From assembly GCA_041752695.1 (NCBI GenBank), contig JBGSVZ010000078.1:1-40864 (forward strand): a DNA stretch of 40,864 nt. The letters run 5' to 3'. The DNA is from Terrimicrobiaceae bacterium (lineage in GTDB: Bacteria; Verrucomicrobiota; Verrucomicrobiia; Chthoniobacterales; Terrimicrobiaceae). The position numbers were made by a program, and so were the translations under genes. The notes under the pieces were generated by a model. The model was not told where the DNA came from. It worked only from the letters and a program-made list of their open reading frames with translations, and searched no databases. Of this stretch, positions 18,615 through 27,601 are shown piece after piece; position 1 is the stretch's first letter; every line of letters begins with the position of its first letter.

Positions 18615-19307
18615 TCAAACATAAAGCTCCCGGAGGTGGGTCAGAGTCCGGGATGGCCGGTCGACGAGAAAGGTCGCCAAACCCGCCGCCCGCGCCCCGG
18701 CTCCGTCCCGCTCCAAGTCGTCTCCCACGTGCAGGCTGTCCGCCGGGGAAATTCCCATGACGCGCACGGCGTGACGAAAAATTTCCCCGGACGGTTTTTC
18801 CGCCCCGATCTCACTGGAGAGAAATTGATGGGCGAAAAATCCCGACACGCCCAGCTCGTCCAGAATGGTCCGCAGCCGGCGGTCAAAATTGGAAATCACC
18901 GCCAACCGTGAACCTGGCGCGAGGGCCGTGAGGCAGGGCACGACATCGTCATACAACGCCCACACCCCGGGCCGGGCGAACCGTTCATAAAGATCTTCGA
19001 ACCACGCCAGGCTATCGAACTTAGGCGGCGGCGCAACGGCTCGCCGGAGCGTTTCCAACGCAATCTTGCGCCACCAGGGGCGGTCGTCGTCCTCCCGCGC
19101 TTTTCCGGAAGGGGGGCGATGCGGAGTCTCCTGCCAGGTCGCCCGAAATGCCGCCTCCATATCCTCGGGGTCCGCCGCCAATCCGTGGGCCCTCGCCGTC
19201 TCCGCATAATGCCAGCCAACCGGGCGCACCAGATGGATCAGGGTGCCCGCGGCGTCGAAGAAAATGACGCCGGGTTGACCCTTGACCTCGTGCGGCCCGC
19301 CGTTCAT
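18615..19307 (-). CDS. HAD-IA family hydrolase (REG-2/HDHD3-like)
   Basis: FFDAAGTL (motif I), ISNFD, EKP..EIF and HVGDDLERDGAGA. Start set at ATG 19307. Confidence 0.9.
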   Translation of the reverse strand: MNGGPHEVKGQPGVIFFDAAGTLIHLVRPVGWHYAETARAHGLAADPEDMEAAFRATWQETPHRPPSGKAREDDDRPWWRKIALETLRRAVAPPPKFDSLAWFEDLYERFARPGVWALYDDVVPCLTALAPGSRLAVISNFDRRLRTILDELGVSGFFAHQFLSSEIGAEKPSGEIFRHAVRVMGISPADSLHVGDDLERDGAGARAAGLATFLVDRPSRTLTHLRELYV

Positions 19308-19325
19308 ATTAACCAATTCCCATCC

Positions 19326-19360
19326 ATGAAGAAAGCGGGACACTCTCCCGCTTTTTTCAT
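19326..19360 (+). terminator. Terminator-like hairpin in nusA leader (rimP/nusA leader-type attenuator)
   Basis: AAAGCGGGA-CACTC-TCCCGCTTT followed by more T. The pairing extends to ATGAAGAAAGCGGGA/TCCCGCTTTTTTCAT and ends about 20 nt before the nusA ATG. Confidence 0.7.
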
Positions 19361-19379
19361 CTCGGGAAACGATTTATTT

Positions 19380-20648
19380 ATGAATTCCGAACTCATTGCG
19401 ATGCTCGATTATCTCGAACGCGAACGCGGTATCAACCGTGATGTTCTCGTCGAGGCGATTTCGTCCGCCCTTCTTGCGGCGTCGAAGAAGAATTTCACGT
19501 CCGGCACGCGCGAGCTGCGTATTGAGATCAATCCGAAAACGGGTGCGATCCGGGCCATGGCGAAGTTGATTGCGGTGGACAAGATTGAAAACCCGCACGA
19601 CGAGATTTTGATGTCCAAGGCCCGCGCCCTGCAGGCGGATATCCAGCCCGGTGGCGAACTTGAGGTGGAGGTGACTCCCCGCGATTTCGGCCGCATTGCC
19701 GCCCAAGCTGCCCGTCAGGCCATCAATCAGCGCATCCGCCAGATTGAGAAGGACATGATTTACGAGGAATTCAAGGATCGCGCCGGCGAGATCGTCAGCG
19801 GCACCGTCCGGCGTTTCGAAAAATCGGACGTGATTATTGATCTCGGAAAATTCGAAGGCACCATGCCGTCTCGTGAACGTGTGGTCACGGAAGAGTACAG
19901 CATTGGTGACCGCCTGCGCGCCTACGTCGTCGCGGTGGACAATGCCTCCCGTGGCCCGGAGATCATTCTTTCCCGCAGTCATCCCAATTTTGTCCGCCGC
20001 CTCTTCGAAATCGAAGTGAGCGAAATCGCTGACCGCACCGTTGAACTCAAAGCCATCGCCCGCGAGGCTGGGTATCGCACGAAGGTGGCGGTCCATAGCG
20101 CCGACCCCAAGGTCGATCCCGTCGGCGCCTGCGTCGGCATGCGCGGGGCCCGCGTCAAAAATATCGTTCGCGAACTCAACAACGAAAAAGTGGATATCAT
20201 CCGCTGGGATCCGGACTCTTTGAAATTTGCCACCGCCGCCCTGAAGCCGGCCAACATCCGCAGTATTTCGCTCGACGAAGCGACTCACACCGTGCGGGTT
20301 CTTGTTGCGAAGGACGATCTTTCCCTGGCCATCGGCAAACGGGGACAAAACGCCCGCCTCACCTCCAAGCTCACGGGCTGGGAAGTGGACATCCAGGAAG
20401 ACAAAACTGCCGAACAACACCTTGAGTCGCAGAAGGCCCAGGCCGCGCATTCCATGGCGGACGTGCTCGGGGTGACGGAAGCGGAAGCTCAATTGCTCAC
20501 TTCCAGCGGTATGAACTCAATTGAAGCCGTCCTCACTGCGGAAGCCTCGGATATCGCCGAGGTTCTGGAGTGTGATCTTGAGCGGGGCCAAAAAATTCTG
20601 GACGCGGCCAAAGCAGCCGGACAACCCACCGAATCGGCCACCTCCTAG
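19380..20648 (+). CDS. nusA: Transcription termination/antitermination factor NusA
   Basis: FGRIAAQAARQ, an S1 domain, AREAGYRTKVAV, DPVGACVGMRGARV and SLAIGKRGQNARL. True start is ATG 19380 (MNSELIAML). Confidence 0.97.
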   Translation: MNSELIAMLDYLERERGINRDVLVEAISSALLAASKKNFTSGTRELRIEINPKTGAIRAMAKLIAVDKIENPHDEILMSKARALQADIQPGGELEVEVTPRDFGRIAAQAARQAINQRIRQIEKDMIYEEFKDRAGEIVSGTVRRFEKSDVIIDLGKFEGTMPSRERVVTEEYSIGDRLRAYVVAVDNASRGPEIILSRSHPNFVRRLFEIEVSEIADRTVELKAIAREAGYRTKVAVHSADPKVDPVGACVGMRGARVKNIVRELNNEKVDIIRWDPDSLKFATAALKPANIRSISLDEATHTVRVLVAKDDLSLAIGKRGQNARLTSKLTGWEVDIQEDKTAEQHLESQKAQAAHSMADVLGVTEAEAQLLTSSGMNSIEAVLTAEASDIAEVLECDLERGQKILDAAKAAGQPTESATS

Positions 20649-20676
20649 GCCATGAAAGCGACACTATCCCATTTGC

Positions 20677-22803
20677 ATGGCCATCACAAAAACAACTGCC
20701 TCCAAGTCCGACGACAAAGCTCCCAAATCCAAAAGGGCGCTCGCGCCTATTCGTGTTAAGAAAGCAGAGGAGCCCGCGCCGGAAGCTCCCGCCCCCGAGG
20801 TAAAAGCGGCCGTCGAGACTGTTGATCTCCTCGAGCCCAAAAAGAAGGTCAAACGCAAGGACACCGAGGTTGCCCCTCGTCTTCTGCAGAAAATTTCCGC
20901 CCGTCCGGCCGATGCGCCTGCGGCTCCCGCCGCGCCCGTCCCGGTTCCCGCACCCGTTGTGGCGGAACCCGCCGCGGCAGCCCCTGTGGAGACCTCTCCC
21001 GAAGCGGCCGCTCCGGAGGAAAACAAAAACATCATCCACCTGAAGACCTTGATCACGGTGAAGGATCTGGCGCCCATGATCGGGGCCAAGCCTTTCCAAC
21101 TGATCAAGGATTTGATGGCGATGCAGATTTTCGCGAGCGTCACCCAGACCATCGAGCTGGACACCGTGGCGAAGCTGGCCGAGTTGCACGGCTACACGCT
21201 CGAACGCGAGCGCAAGGATACCTCCAAGGGCCACCACAAGCAGGAGGCCAAGGTCGAACTTCCTCCCGAGCCCGAGACGCCTGAGATAGAAGCCCTCAAA
21301 CCCCGCGCCCCCATTGTGACGTTCATGGGGCATGTCGATCACGGCAAAACCTCCCTCCTCGACGCCATCCGCAAGGCCCGCGTAGCCGCGGGTGAAGCTG
21401 GCGGCATCACGCAGCACATCGGTGCTTACAGCGTCGAACGCAATGGCCACGCCATCACTTTCCTCGACACCCCCGGCCACGCCGCTTTCACGGCAATGCG
21501 TGCCCGCGGAGCCACCGTGACGGACATTGTTGTCCTGGTCGTCGCGGCCGACGATGGTTTGATGCCGCAGACCATCGAGGCCATCAGCCATGCCAAGGCG
21601 GCGAAGGTGCAGATCCTTGTTGCGATCAATAAAATCGACCTCGCCTCGGCCAACCCCGACCGGGTGAAAACCCAGCTTCAGGAAAAGGGCCTCCAGCCCG
21701 AAGATTGGGGCGGCGAGACCATTTGTGTGCCGGTCAGTGCCACCAAGGGAACCGGCGTCGATCAACTGTTGGAACTGATTTCTCTGCAAGCCGAGGTGTT
21801 GGAACTCCGGTCCGATCCGAAAGCCACCCCGCGCTGCTCCGTGATCGAAGCCCAAATTGAACAGGGCCGTGGCCCGACGGCGACCGTGATTGTGCGCATG
21901 GGAACCCTCCGCGTGGGTGATGCGTTCATCTGCGGAAACTACTGGGGCAAAATCAAACAGCTCATCGCGGACACCGGTAAGCCGGTCAAGGAAGCCGGTC
22001 CCGCCATGCCCGTCAAGGTGCTCGGTCTGAGTGGCTTGCCCAACGCTGGCGACGAACTTGTGGTGATGGAAAATGAGCGCGACGCGCGCATTTTGAGCGA
22101 AGAACGCCTCCTGTCCATTCGCAGCAGCAAACTCGCCGCGCCGCAACGCGCCACGCTGGAAAATCTTTTCTCCAACATTGCCGAAGGCCAAAAACAATCT
22201 CTGCGGATCGTCCTCAAAGGCGACGTGCAAGGATCGCTCGAAGCTCTGGTGGGTGCGCTCAAGGAAATCCCGCAGAACAAGGTCGTCCTCGACATTCTGC
22301 ATGCGGCGGTCGGGCCGATCACGGAATCCGACGTGCTCCTCGCGAGTGCCTCGAACGCCGTCATCATCGGCTTCAGCGTGAAGGTCGAAAGCAATGCCTC
22401 AACCGTTTCCAAACGCGAGGGCGTCCAGATCAAGCTCTACAGCATCATCTACGAGTTGATCGACCAGATTAAGGAATCCATGACCGGCATGCTCGAGCCA
22501 ACGTTGCGCGAGACGGTCATTGGTCATGCCGAAGTCAAGCAGGTGTTCGATCTCACCAAGGGGAAGGTTGCCGGGTGTTACGTCACCGACGGCCGAATCA
22601 GCCGCACCGCCCGCGCCCGCGTGCTTCGCAAAAAGCAGCCCATTTACGATGGCGGGATCGGCACGCTGCGACGTTTCCTCGATGAGGTCAAGGAAGTGCG
22701 CGCCGGCCTCGAGTGCGGCATCAAGTTGGGCGATTATACCGAATATCAGCCCGAGGATATCATCGAGTGTTACACCCTTGAAAAGGTGGCCCAGCAACTC
22801 TAG
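20677..22803 (+). CDS. infB: Translation initiation factor IF-2
   Basis: [42 protein letters not shown] and ECGI motifs; follows nusA. Confidence 0.98.
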   Translation: MAITKTTASKSDDKAPKSKRALAPIRVKKAEEPAPEAPAPEVKAAVETVDLLEPKKKVKRKDTEVAPRLLQKISARPADAPAAPAAPVPVPAPVVAEPAAAAPVETSPEAAAPEENKNIIHLKTLITVKDLAPMIGAKPFQLIKDLMAMQIFASVTQTIELDTVAKLAELHGYTLERERKDTSKGHHKQEAKVELPPEPETPEIEALKPRAPIVTFMGHVDHGKTSLLDAIRKARVAAGEAGGITQHIGAYSVERNGHAITFLDTPGHAAFTAMRARGATVTDIVVLVVAADDGLMPQTIEAISHAKAAKVQILVAINKIDLASANPDRVKTQLQEKGLQPEDWGGETICVPVSATKGTGVDQLLELISLQAEVLELRSDPKATPRCSVIEAQIEQGRGPTATVIVRMGTLRVGDAFICGNYWGKIKQLIADTGKPVKEAGPAMPVKVLGLSGLPNAGDELVVMENERDARILSEERLLSIRSSKLAAPQRATLENLFSNIAEGQKQSLRIVLKGDVQGSLEALVGALKEIPQNKVVLDILHAAVGPITESDVLLASASNAVIIGFSVKVESNASTVSKREGVQIKLYSIIYELIDQIKESMTGMLEPTLRETVIGHAEVKQVFDLTKGKVAGCYVTDGRISRTARARVLRKKQPIYDGGIGTLRRFLDEVKEVRAGLECGIKLGDYTEYQPEDIIECYTLEKVAQQL

Positions 22804-22806
22804 GAA

Positions 22807-22840
22807 ATTTTCGATGTTCGATTTTCGATGTTCGATTTTC
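22807..22840 (+). repeat. Heptamer-based tandem repeat (ATTTTCG/ATGTTCG)
   Basis: ATTTTCGATGTTCG twice plus ATTTTC, immediately after the infB stop. Confidence 0.8.
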
Positions 22841-24718
22841 CGGCGACATTTGCGTGTCGCCGGTTGCGGACTTGCGATCTTCCAACTTCTATCTCCCATT
22901 TTTCCAGTTTTCGCCCAGGAGGGCGCGCCGGTTCTGGATAACACGGGCTACGTGGAAAATCCCAAGCCGACTTGGGAGACCCAAAAGCAGGCCCGCACGT
23001 TTGTACTCGGCATCCCCGCGCCCCGCGGTCAGATCACCGACCGCAACGGCAAGCCGCTGGCGCAGACGCGGCTGAGTTACAATCTGGCAATCAGTTTCCC
23101 CACGCCGCTCGACTGGGCCGACAGCAAGATCGTCAGCTTTGCCCGCCAGCAAATGACGCTAGCCTCCGGGCTGCTGAAGCGGGAAATTAACATTTCCGAC
23201 GAGGCGATTCTCAACCATTACAAAAACCGTGGCGTCCTGCCTCTGGATCTTTTCGAGGACCTCAGCCCCCAGGAACTCGGCGTCGTCCAGCGCGGGCTCA
23301 CTCCGAATCTGATTCTTCGCCAGACCTATGTGCGGTTTTACCCGAACGGTCCCCTGGCTGCCCACATCATCGGCTACACCGGCCGCGAGGCGCCGCTTTC
23401 CATCCGGCCGATCGAGAACAACGACCTCATTTTTTCGGACAGCGAAGGCCGCGAGGGGCTGGAGCAAATTTTTGACGCGGAACTGCATGGTCAGCCCGGC
23501 CAGCTTTACGCGACTTATAATGCCAATGGTGAAAAGATGTCCGAGCGCATCGCCCGCCCGCCCGTGCCGGGTTACAATGTCGTGACCACGCTCGACGAGG
23601 ACATTCAACGCATCTGCGAAAATGTGCTGGCGAAAAGCTGCAAGCGTGGCGCCATTGTCGTGCTGGACCCGAACACCGGCGAGATCCTCGGCATGGCCTC
23701 ACATCCGGGATTTAACCCCAACGAATTTGTGCCGGTGGTGAAGCAGGATGTCTTCGACCGCTATAATACGGACGAAGCCGCGCCTCTCGTTCCGCGTGCC
23801 TATCGCTCGGCCTATCCTCCCGGGTCCACCTTCAAGACCTTTGTCGGTCTGGCCGCTCTGAACTCCGGCCTGATCAAACCGGGCGCGGAATTTAACTGCC
23901 CCACCGGCATCACCATCGGCGACCACACCTTTAAGAACTGGAAAAAAACCGGCGCGGGCAACCTGAATTTCGTCGAGGCACTCACCCAGTCTTGCAACAC
24001 TTGGTTTTATCAGGTCGGGTTGAAGATCGGCGCGGCACCCATCATCGAATATTCGCACCGTCTGGGCCTCGGCAAGCGTTCCGGCATTCCTCTCAAGGCC
24101 GAAAACGAAGGCAATATTCCGACCGACGAGTACATGCTCCGCGTTCACAACCGCCGCATCAAAAACGGCGACGTGGCCAACATGTCCATCGGACAGGGGG
24201 ACATTCTGATCACACCTCTGCAAATGGCCCAGGCCATGGGAGCCATCGCCACCACCGGACGCTTCCACCAGACCCGCCTCGTCAAGCAGGTCCAGACCAT
24301 CGACAACAAAGTCATTGCCGCCTATCCCGACCGCCTGCGCGAGGATATCAACATGACGGCTAAGGTTGATGAAGCCCTTCGCAAGGGTCTCCAGGACGTG
24401 GTCTATGATGGTAACGGCACCGCGCGCTCCGCCCAGGTGAAGGGCGTTCGCATGGCGGGCAAAACCGGCACCGCTCAATGGGGCAAACGCACCGCCGCCT
24501 GGTTTGCCGGATTCTGTCCCGCGGAAAAGCCCGAATACGCCTTCGCCGCCGTCTATGAAGGCGAACCCAACGACGACGACGTCCACGGCGGATCCCACGC
24601 CGCGCCGATGATCGGCAAGGTGTTTAAGGAAATCTACAAAGCGCGGAACAAAGAAGCCTCGAAAGAGGCCGAAAAGGAAGAAGAGGAAGCTCCGGCTCCC
24701 AAGGACGAGTCCAACTGA
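22814..24718 (+). CDS. mrdA: Class B penicillin-binding protein 2 (transpeptidase)
   Basis: IPAPRGQITDRNG, RFYPNG..AAHIIGYTG, GREGLE, PGSTFK (SxxK), SCN (SxN) and GKTGTAQ (KTG). Start is ATG 22814 or TTG 22850. Confidence 0.9.
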   Translation: MFDFRCSIFRRHLRVAGCGLAIFQLLSPIFPVFAQEGAPVLDNTGYVENPKPTWETQKQARTFVLGIPAPRGQITDRNGKPLAQTRLSYNLAISFPTPLDWADSKIVSFARQQMTLASGLLKREINISDEAILNHYKNRGVLPLDLFEDLSPQELGVVQRGLTPNLILRQTYVRFYPNGPLAAHIIGYTGREAPLSIRPIENNDLIFSDSEGREGLEQIFDAELHGQPGQLYATYNANGEKMSERIARPPVPGYNVVTTLDEDIQRICENVLAKSCKRGAIVVLDPNTGEILGMASHPGFNPNEFVPVVKQDVFDRYNTDEAAPLVPRAYRSAYPPGSTFKTFVGLAALNSGLIKPGAEFNCPTGITIGDHTFKNWKKTGAGNLNFVEALTQSCNTWFYQVGLKIGAAPIIEYSHRLGLGKRSGIPLKAENEGNIPTDEYMLRVHNRRIKNGDVANMSIGQGDILITPLQMAQAMGAIATTGRFHQTRLVKQVQTIDNKVIAAYPDRLREDINMTAKVDEALRKGLQDVVYDGNGTARSAQVKGVRMAGKTGTAQWGKRTAAWFAGFCPAEKPEYAFAAVYEGEPNDDDVHGGSHAAPMIGKVFKEIYKARNKEASKEAEKEEEEAPAPKDESN

Positions 24719-24745
24719 CCGCCATCGCTGCGCGATGGAGGGAAG

Positions 24746-24766
24746 GTGAAGGGGAGAGTGAAAGGG
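24746..24766 (+). repeat. Left arm of inverted repeat flanking small cassette
   Basis: GTGAAGGGGAGAGTGAAAGGG matches the reverse complement of 25224-25244 at 19/21. Confidence 0.65.
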
Positions 24767-24810
24767 GGGGCGAAGCCCGCTCAAGGGAAGTCGAAATGCC
24801 GGTTTGCGAG

Positions 24811-24969
24811 TTACTCCCGGCGCGCTTCGGAAATCAGCTCATCCAGATTCTTAAGCCGGTATCGTGCGCAGAGTGTCCGGACTTCGTTCAGGTCCAGGTC
24901 CGGGTTGCGGCTGAGGAGTTCGATAATGTCGGCCTTGGATTTGTAGCCGGAGGCATCCGGATCGGGCAT
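24811..24969 (-). pseudogene. Probable internally deleted nucleotidyltransferase-like gene (only the C-terminal helical part remains)
   Basis: Hand-translated 52-aa ORF, absent from the ORF track: MPDPDASGYKSKADIIELLSRNPDLDLNEVRTLCARYRLKNLDELISEARRE. It resembles the K..D...L...NP.LD C-terminus of MNT/DUF6036-like nucleotidyltransferases (recalled similarity, not searched). Confidence 0.55.
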
Positions 24970-24976
24970 CGGCCAA

Positions 24977-25159
24977 TCAGGATTTTCGCACTTCTGGTTT
25001 GAGCCAGTTGAGGCGGTTTTTCAGGGTCAGTGCCAGCGTGATCCGGTCGGCGACGGAAAGGGAACGCAGGTAGGCAGTTTCCGCGGCCTTGGAACGCTCT
25101 CCGCAAGCGCTACGGCGCGGCTCGTGCAAGGACACGGGCTTTTCGGATGATGGCTTCAT
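24977..25159 (-). CDS. Small hypothetical protein (antitoxin-like partner)
   Basis: 60-aa ORF (YLRSLSVADRITLALTL) ending 7 nt before the nucleotidyltransferase-like ORF. Confidence 0.55.
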   Translation of the reverse strand: MKPSSEKPVSLHEPRRSACGERSKAAETAYLRSLSVADRITLALTLKNRLNWLKPEVRKS

Positions 25160-25223
25160 GAGCGGAGCATAAAACGCGAAGAGGCGAGCGACAAGGCATT
25201 CAGATGATCCCAGGTCCCCCTTT

Positions 25224-25244
25224 CCCTTTCATTTTCCCCTTCAC
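25224..25244 (-). repeat. Right arm of inverted repeat flanking small cassette
   Basis: CCCTTTCATTTTCCCCTTCAC; overlaps the cupin stop codon. Confidence 0.65.
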
Positions 25245-25594
25245 TCAAAGAAGGTATCCTTATGCGCGTACGCCGGGGCGCAGCAGCAGAGGAACCGCAG
25301 GGCGGTGATGGCGGTAATCTGGTGCCAGGCACCGGGCGGGATGAGGATGGCGTCGCCGGGGCCGACTTCACGCGTTTCGCCGTCGATTTCCATGGTTCCG
25401 GTCCCTTCCAGCAGAAAATAAAATTCCTCGCTCAATTTGTGATAATGGCGGTCGGTGGCCCCTCCCGCGGGGAGGAAGGCCTCGGCGAGGCTCTGGTTCG
25501 CGACCGGGGCGTTCGACAGATCGAGAATACTGCGTATCTCTGAGCCATCTTTGGTCGTAAATGGTTTTTGACTGGATAGGTTTTGGACAATCAT
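25241..25594 (-). CDS. Cupin domain protein
   Basis: MIVQNL...FTTKDGSEIRSILD, HYHKLSEEFYFLLEGTG (motif 1) and GDAILIPPGAWHQI (motif 2). Confidence 0.9.
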   Translation of the reverse strand: MIVQNLSSQKPFTTKDGSEIRSILDLSNAPVANQSLAEAFLPAGGATDRHYHKLSEEFYFLLEGTGTMEIDGETREVGPGDAILIPPGAWHQITAITALRFLCCCAPAYAHKDTFFE

Positions 25595-25609
25595 CGAAAG
25601 TTTGACGTG

Positions 25610-26422
25610 ATGAAATTTTACGAAGGCTGCACCGCCCTGATTACTGGAGCTTCCGCGGGATTGGGAGTTGAATTTGCGCGTCAACTCGCTCCCCATGCCC
25701 ACGGGCTCATTTTGGTTGCCCGCCGGACGGACCGCCTCGAAGCCCTGCGGGATGAACTCCAAGCCGCCCATAAACACCTCCGCGTCTCCATTTATGGGGC
25801 GGATCTGGGGCAGGAGGCTGTCCGCAATGATTTTGCCGCTTGGCTGGAGGTCCAGGATATCAAGGTCGATTTTCTGGTGAACAACGCCGGAATGGGGGAC
25901 CGGGGAGCCTTTGAGTCCAGCGACTGGGAAAAAGTGCGTTCCATGATCGATGTCAATATCTCCGCTCTGACTCACCTCACGCATTTGCTCCTGCCTTCCA
26001 TGACGCAGGGCGGCCGCGCGGCGATTTTGAATGTGAGTTCCGTCGCGAGTTTTTTTCCGCTCCCAAATATGGCCGTCTATTCCGCGACCAAGGCCTACGT
26101 GACGAGCCTTTCCGAGGCGCTGGCCATCGAGTTGCGGCCTCTGGGGATCACGGTTTCGGCCCTGTGTCCGGGACCGATTCCTACGGAGTTTTTCACCGTG
26201 GCCGCCCGTTCGGAGGCCGATGATGCGACCTCACACTACGAAACGATGCCCGCTTTTGTCGTAACGCCTGCGGAAGCGGTGCGCGCCGGTTTGGATGCGG
26301 TTGCGAAAGACAAGGCGCGGGTCATTCCTGGGCCAATGCTTGCGGTGGCGGTGGGCCTGGCGTTGATTGTCCCCTTCTGCATCACCCGGGAAATTCTTAG
26401 GAGCTTGAAAAACAAATTGTGA
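25610..26422 (+). CDS. Short-chain dehydrogenase/reductase (SDR)
   Basis: ALITGASAGLG, LVARR, LVNNAG, NVSS, YSATK (YxxxK) and LCPGP motifs. Confidence 0.95.
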   Translation: MKFYEGCTALITGASAGLGVEFARQLAPHAHGLILVARRTDRLEALRDELQAAHKHLRVSIYGADLGQEAVRNDFAAWLEVQDIKVDFLVNNAGMGDRGAFESSDWEKVRSMIDVNISALTHLTHLLLPSMTQGGRAAILNVSSVASFFPLPNMAVYSATKAYVTSLSEALAIELRPLGITVSALCPGPIPTEFFTVAARSEADDATSHYETMPAFVVTPAEAVRAGLDAVAKDKARVIPGPMLAVAVGLALIVPFCITREILRSLKNKL

Positions 26423-27486
26423 ATCCAGCAGACAAGGAACAGGCCGTTGACCATCCGGCCGGGAAGACGGAATTGGTCAAAAAGATCACCGATTCGCTGG
26501 GGGCGGAAAATTCTGCCTTCGCCCATGCGCTTGATCTGATCAACCCGCATTTGTATTCCGTCGAGGAACGCATCCGTGCGCAGGCGCGCTCGTTTGATCC
26601 GGCGGTGGAGGGTTATGTTTCCTACGTCTGCGACAAGGGCGGCAAGCGGCTGCGTCCGGCTCTGGCCCTGCTGGCCGCTGGTGCCACCGGAAAAATCACC
26701 TCCAGCCATGTCGATCTCGCGGTGGTGGTGGAGTTGATTCATGTCGCCACCTTGGTGCATGACGACATCATGGACGGGGCCGAACTGCGCCGCGACCAGC
26801 CCACGGCCAATGCGAAGTGGGGCAACTCCATCAGCGTACTGCTGGGCGACTGCCTGTTCGCTCATGCCCTGCGGCTGGCCACGGGATTCAGCAACACAGA
26901 CGTGTGCCGCCGCATTGCCGATGCGGCGGCGGAGGTGTGTTCCGGAGAAATCATCCAGACCCAGCGCCGGTACGATCTCAAGCTGAGCACGGCGGACTAT
27001 TACCGCATCATCGAAATGAAAACCGCCGCCCTCTTCTCGGTGGCCTGCGAACTCTCGGCGTTTATCAGCGAAGCGGGTCCGGTGGTCATCAGTGCGCTGA
27101 AAACCTTCGGATCGAAGGTGGGAACGGCCTACCAGATTTATGACGACTGCCTCGACCTGGCAGGAACCGAGCAGGAAACGGGGAAAACGCTGGGGACGGA
27201 CATCCGGAAGGGCAAATTCACCCTGCCGATTCTGCTTATGCTGCAAAGCCAGGGCTCGGATGCATCCACTCTGCGCAACATGCTGCTGCAGGAAGACAAT
27301 ATCGACGAGCGCCAGCTCACCGACATGCTGACCCGCGCAGGCTCGATCTCGGCGGCTGCGCAGGTCTCCCGCCGCATGCTTTCCGAGGCCCGCGCCTCGC
27401 TCGAGGTGATTCCGGTCAATCGCTACGTTTCGGGCCTGCAGTCGATCTCCGATCATCTGATCGGCCAAGTGGGGCGGCTTTGCTGA
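26419..27486 (+). CDS. Polyprenyl diphosphate synthase (IspB-like)
   Basis: GGKRLRP, ELIHVATLVHDDIMD..ELRR (FARM), GD, KTA, YQIYDDCLD (SARM) and GK.LGTD...GK.TLP. Confidence 0.93.
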   Translation: MNPADKEQAVDHPAGKTELVKKITDSLGAENSAFAHALDLINPHLYSVEERIRAQARSFDPAVEGYVSYVCDKGGKRLRPALALLAAGATGKITSSHVDLAVVVELIHVATLVHDDIMDGAELRRDQPTANAKWGNSISVLLGDCLFAHALRLATGFSNTDVCRRIADAAAEVCSGEIIQTQRRYDLKLSTADYYRIIEMKTAALFSVACELSAFISEAGPVVISALKTFGSKVGTAYQIYDDCLDLAGTEQETGKTLGTDIRKGKFTLPILLMLQSQGSDASTLRNMLLQEDNIDERQLTDMLTRAGSISAAAQVSRRMLSEARASLEVIPVNRYVSGLQSISDHLIGQVGRLC

Positions 27487-27601
27487 TTTGAATCGAAGGG
27501 AGCCTTCACATAACCCGTCCAACGATGGACGGTATCACTGCAAAGGATAATTATTAGGAAATATGGGACTGACCCCGCCCCTGCAAGGATTTGGCTTAGG
27601 G

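Noticed and set aside
19119..19379. N-terminal extension of nusA in the ORF track
   Set aside because: It overlaps the divergent HAD gene and the leader hairpin. NusA similarity begins at ATG 19380.
20533..22302. 589-aa minus-strand ORF
   Set aside because: It is antisense to infB, a shadow ORF.
25595..25984. 247-aa version of the cupin ORF
   Set aside because: The extension is antisense to the SDR gene. Cupin similarity begins at ATG 25594.
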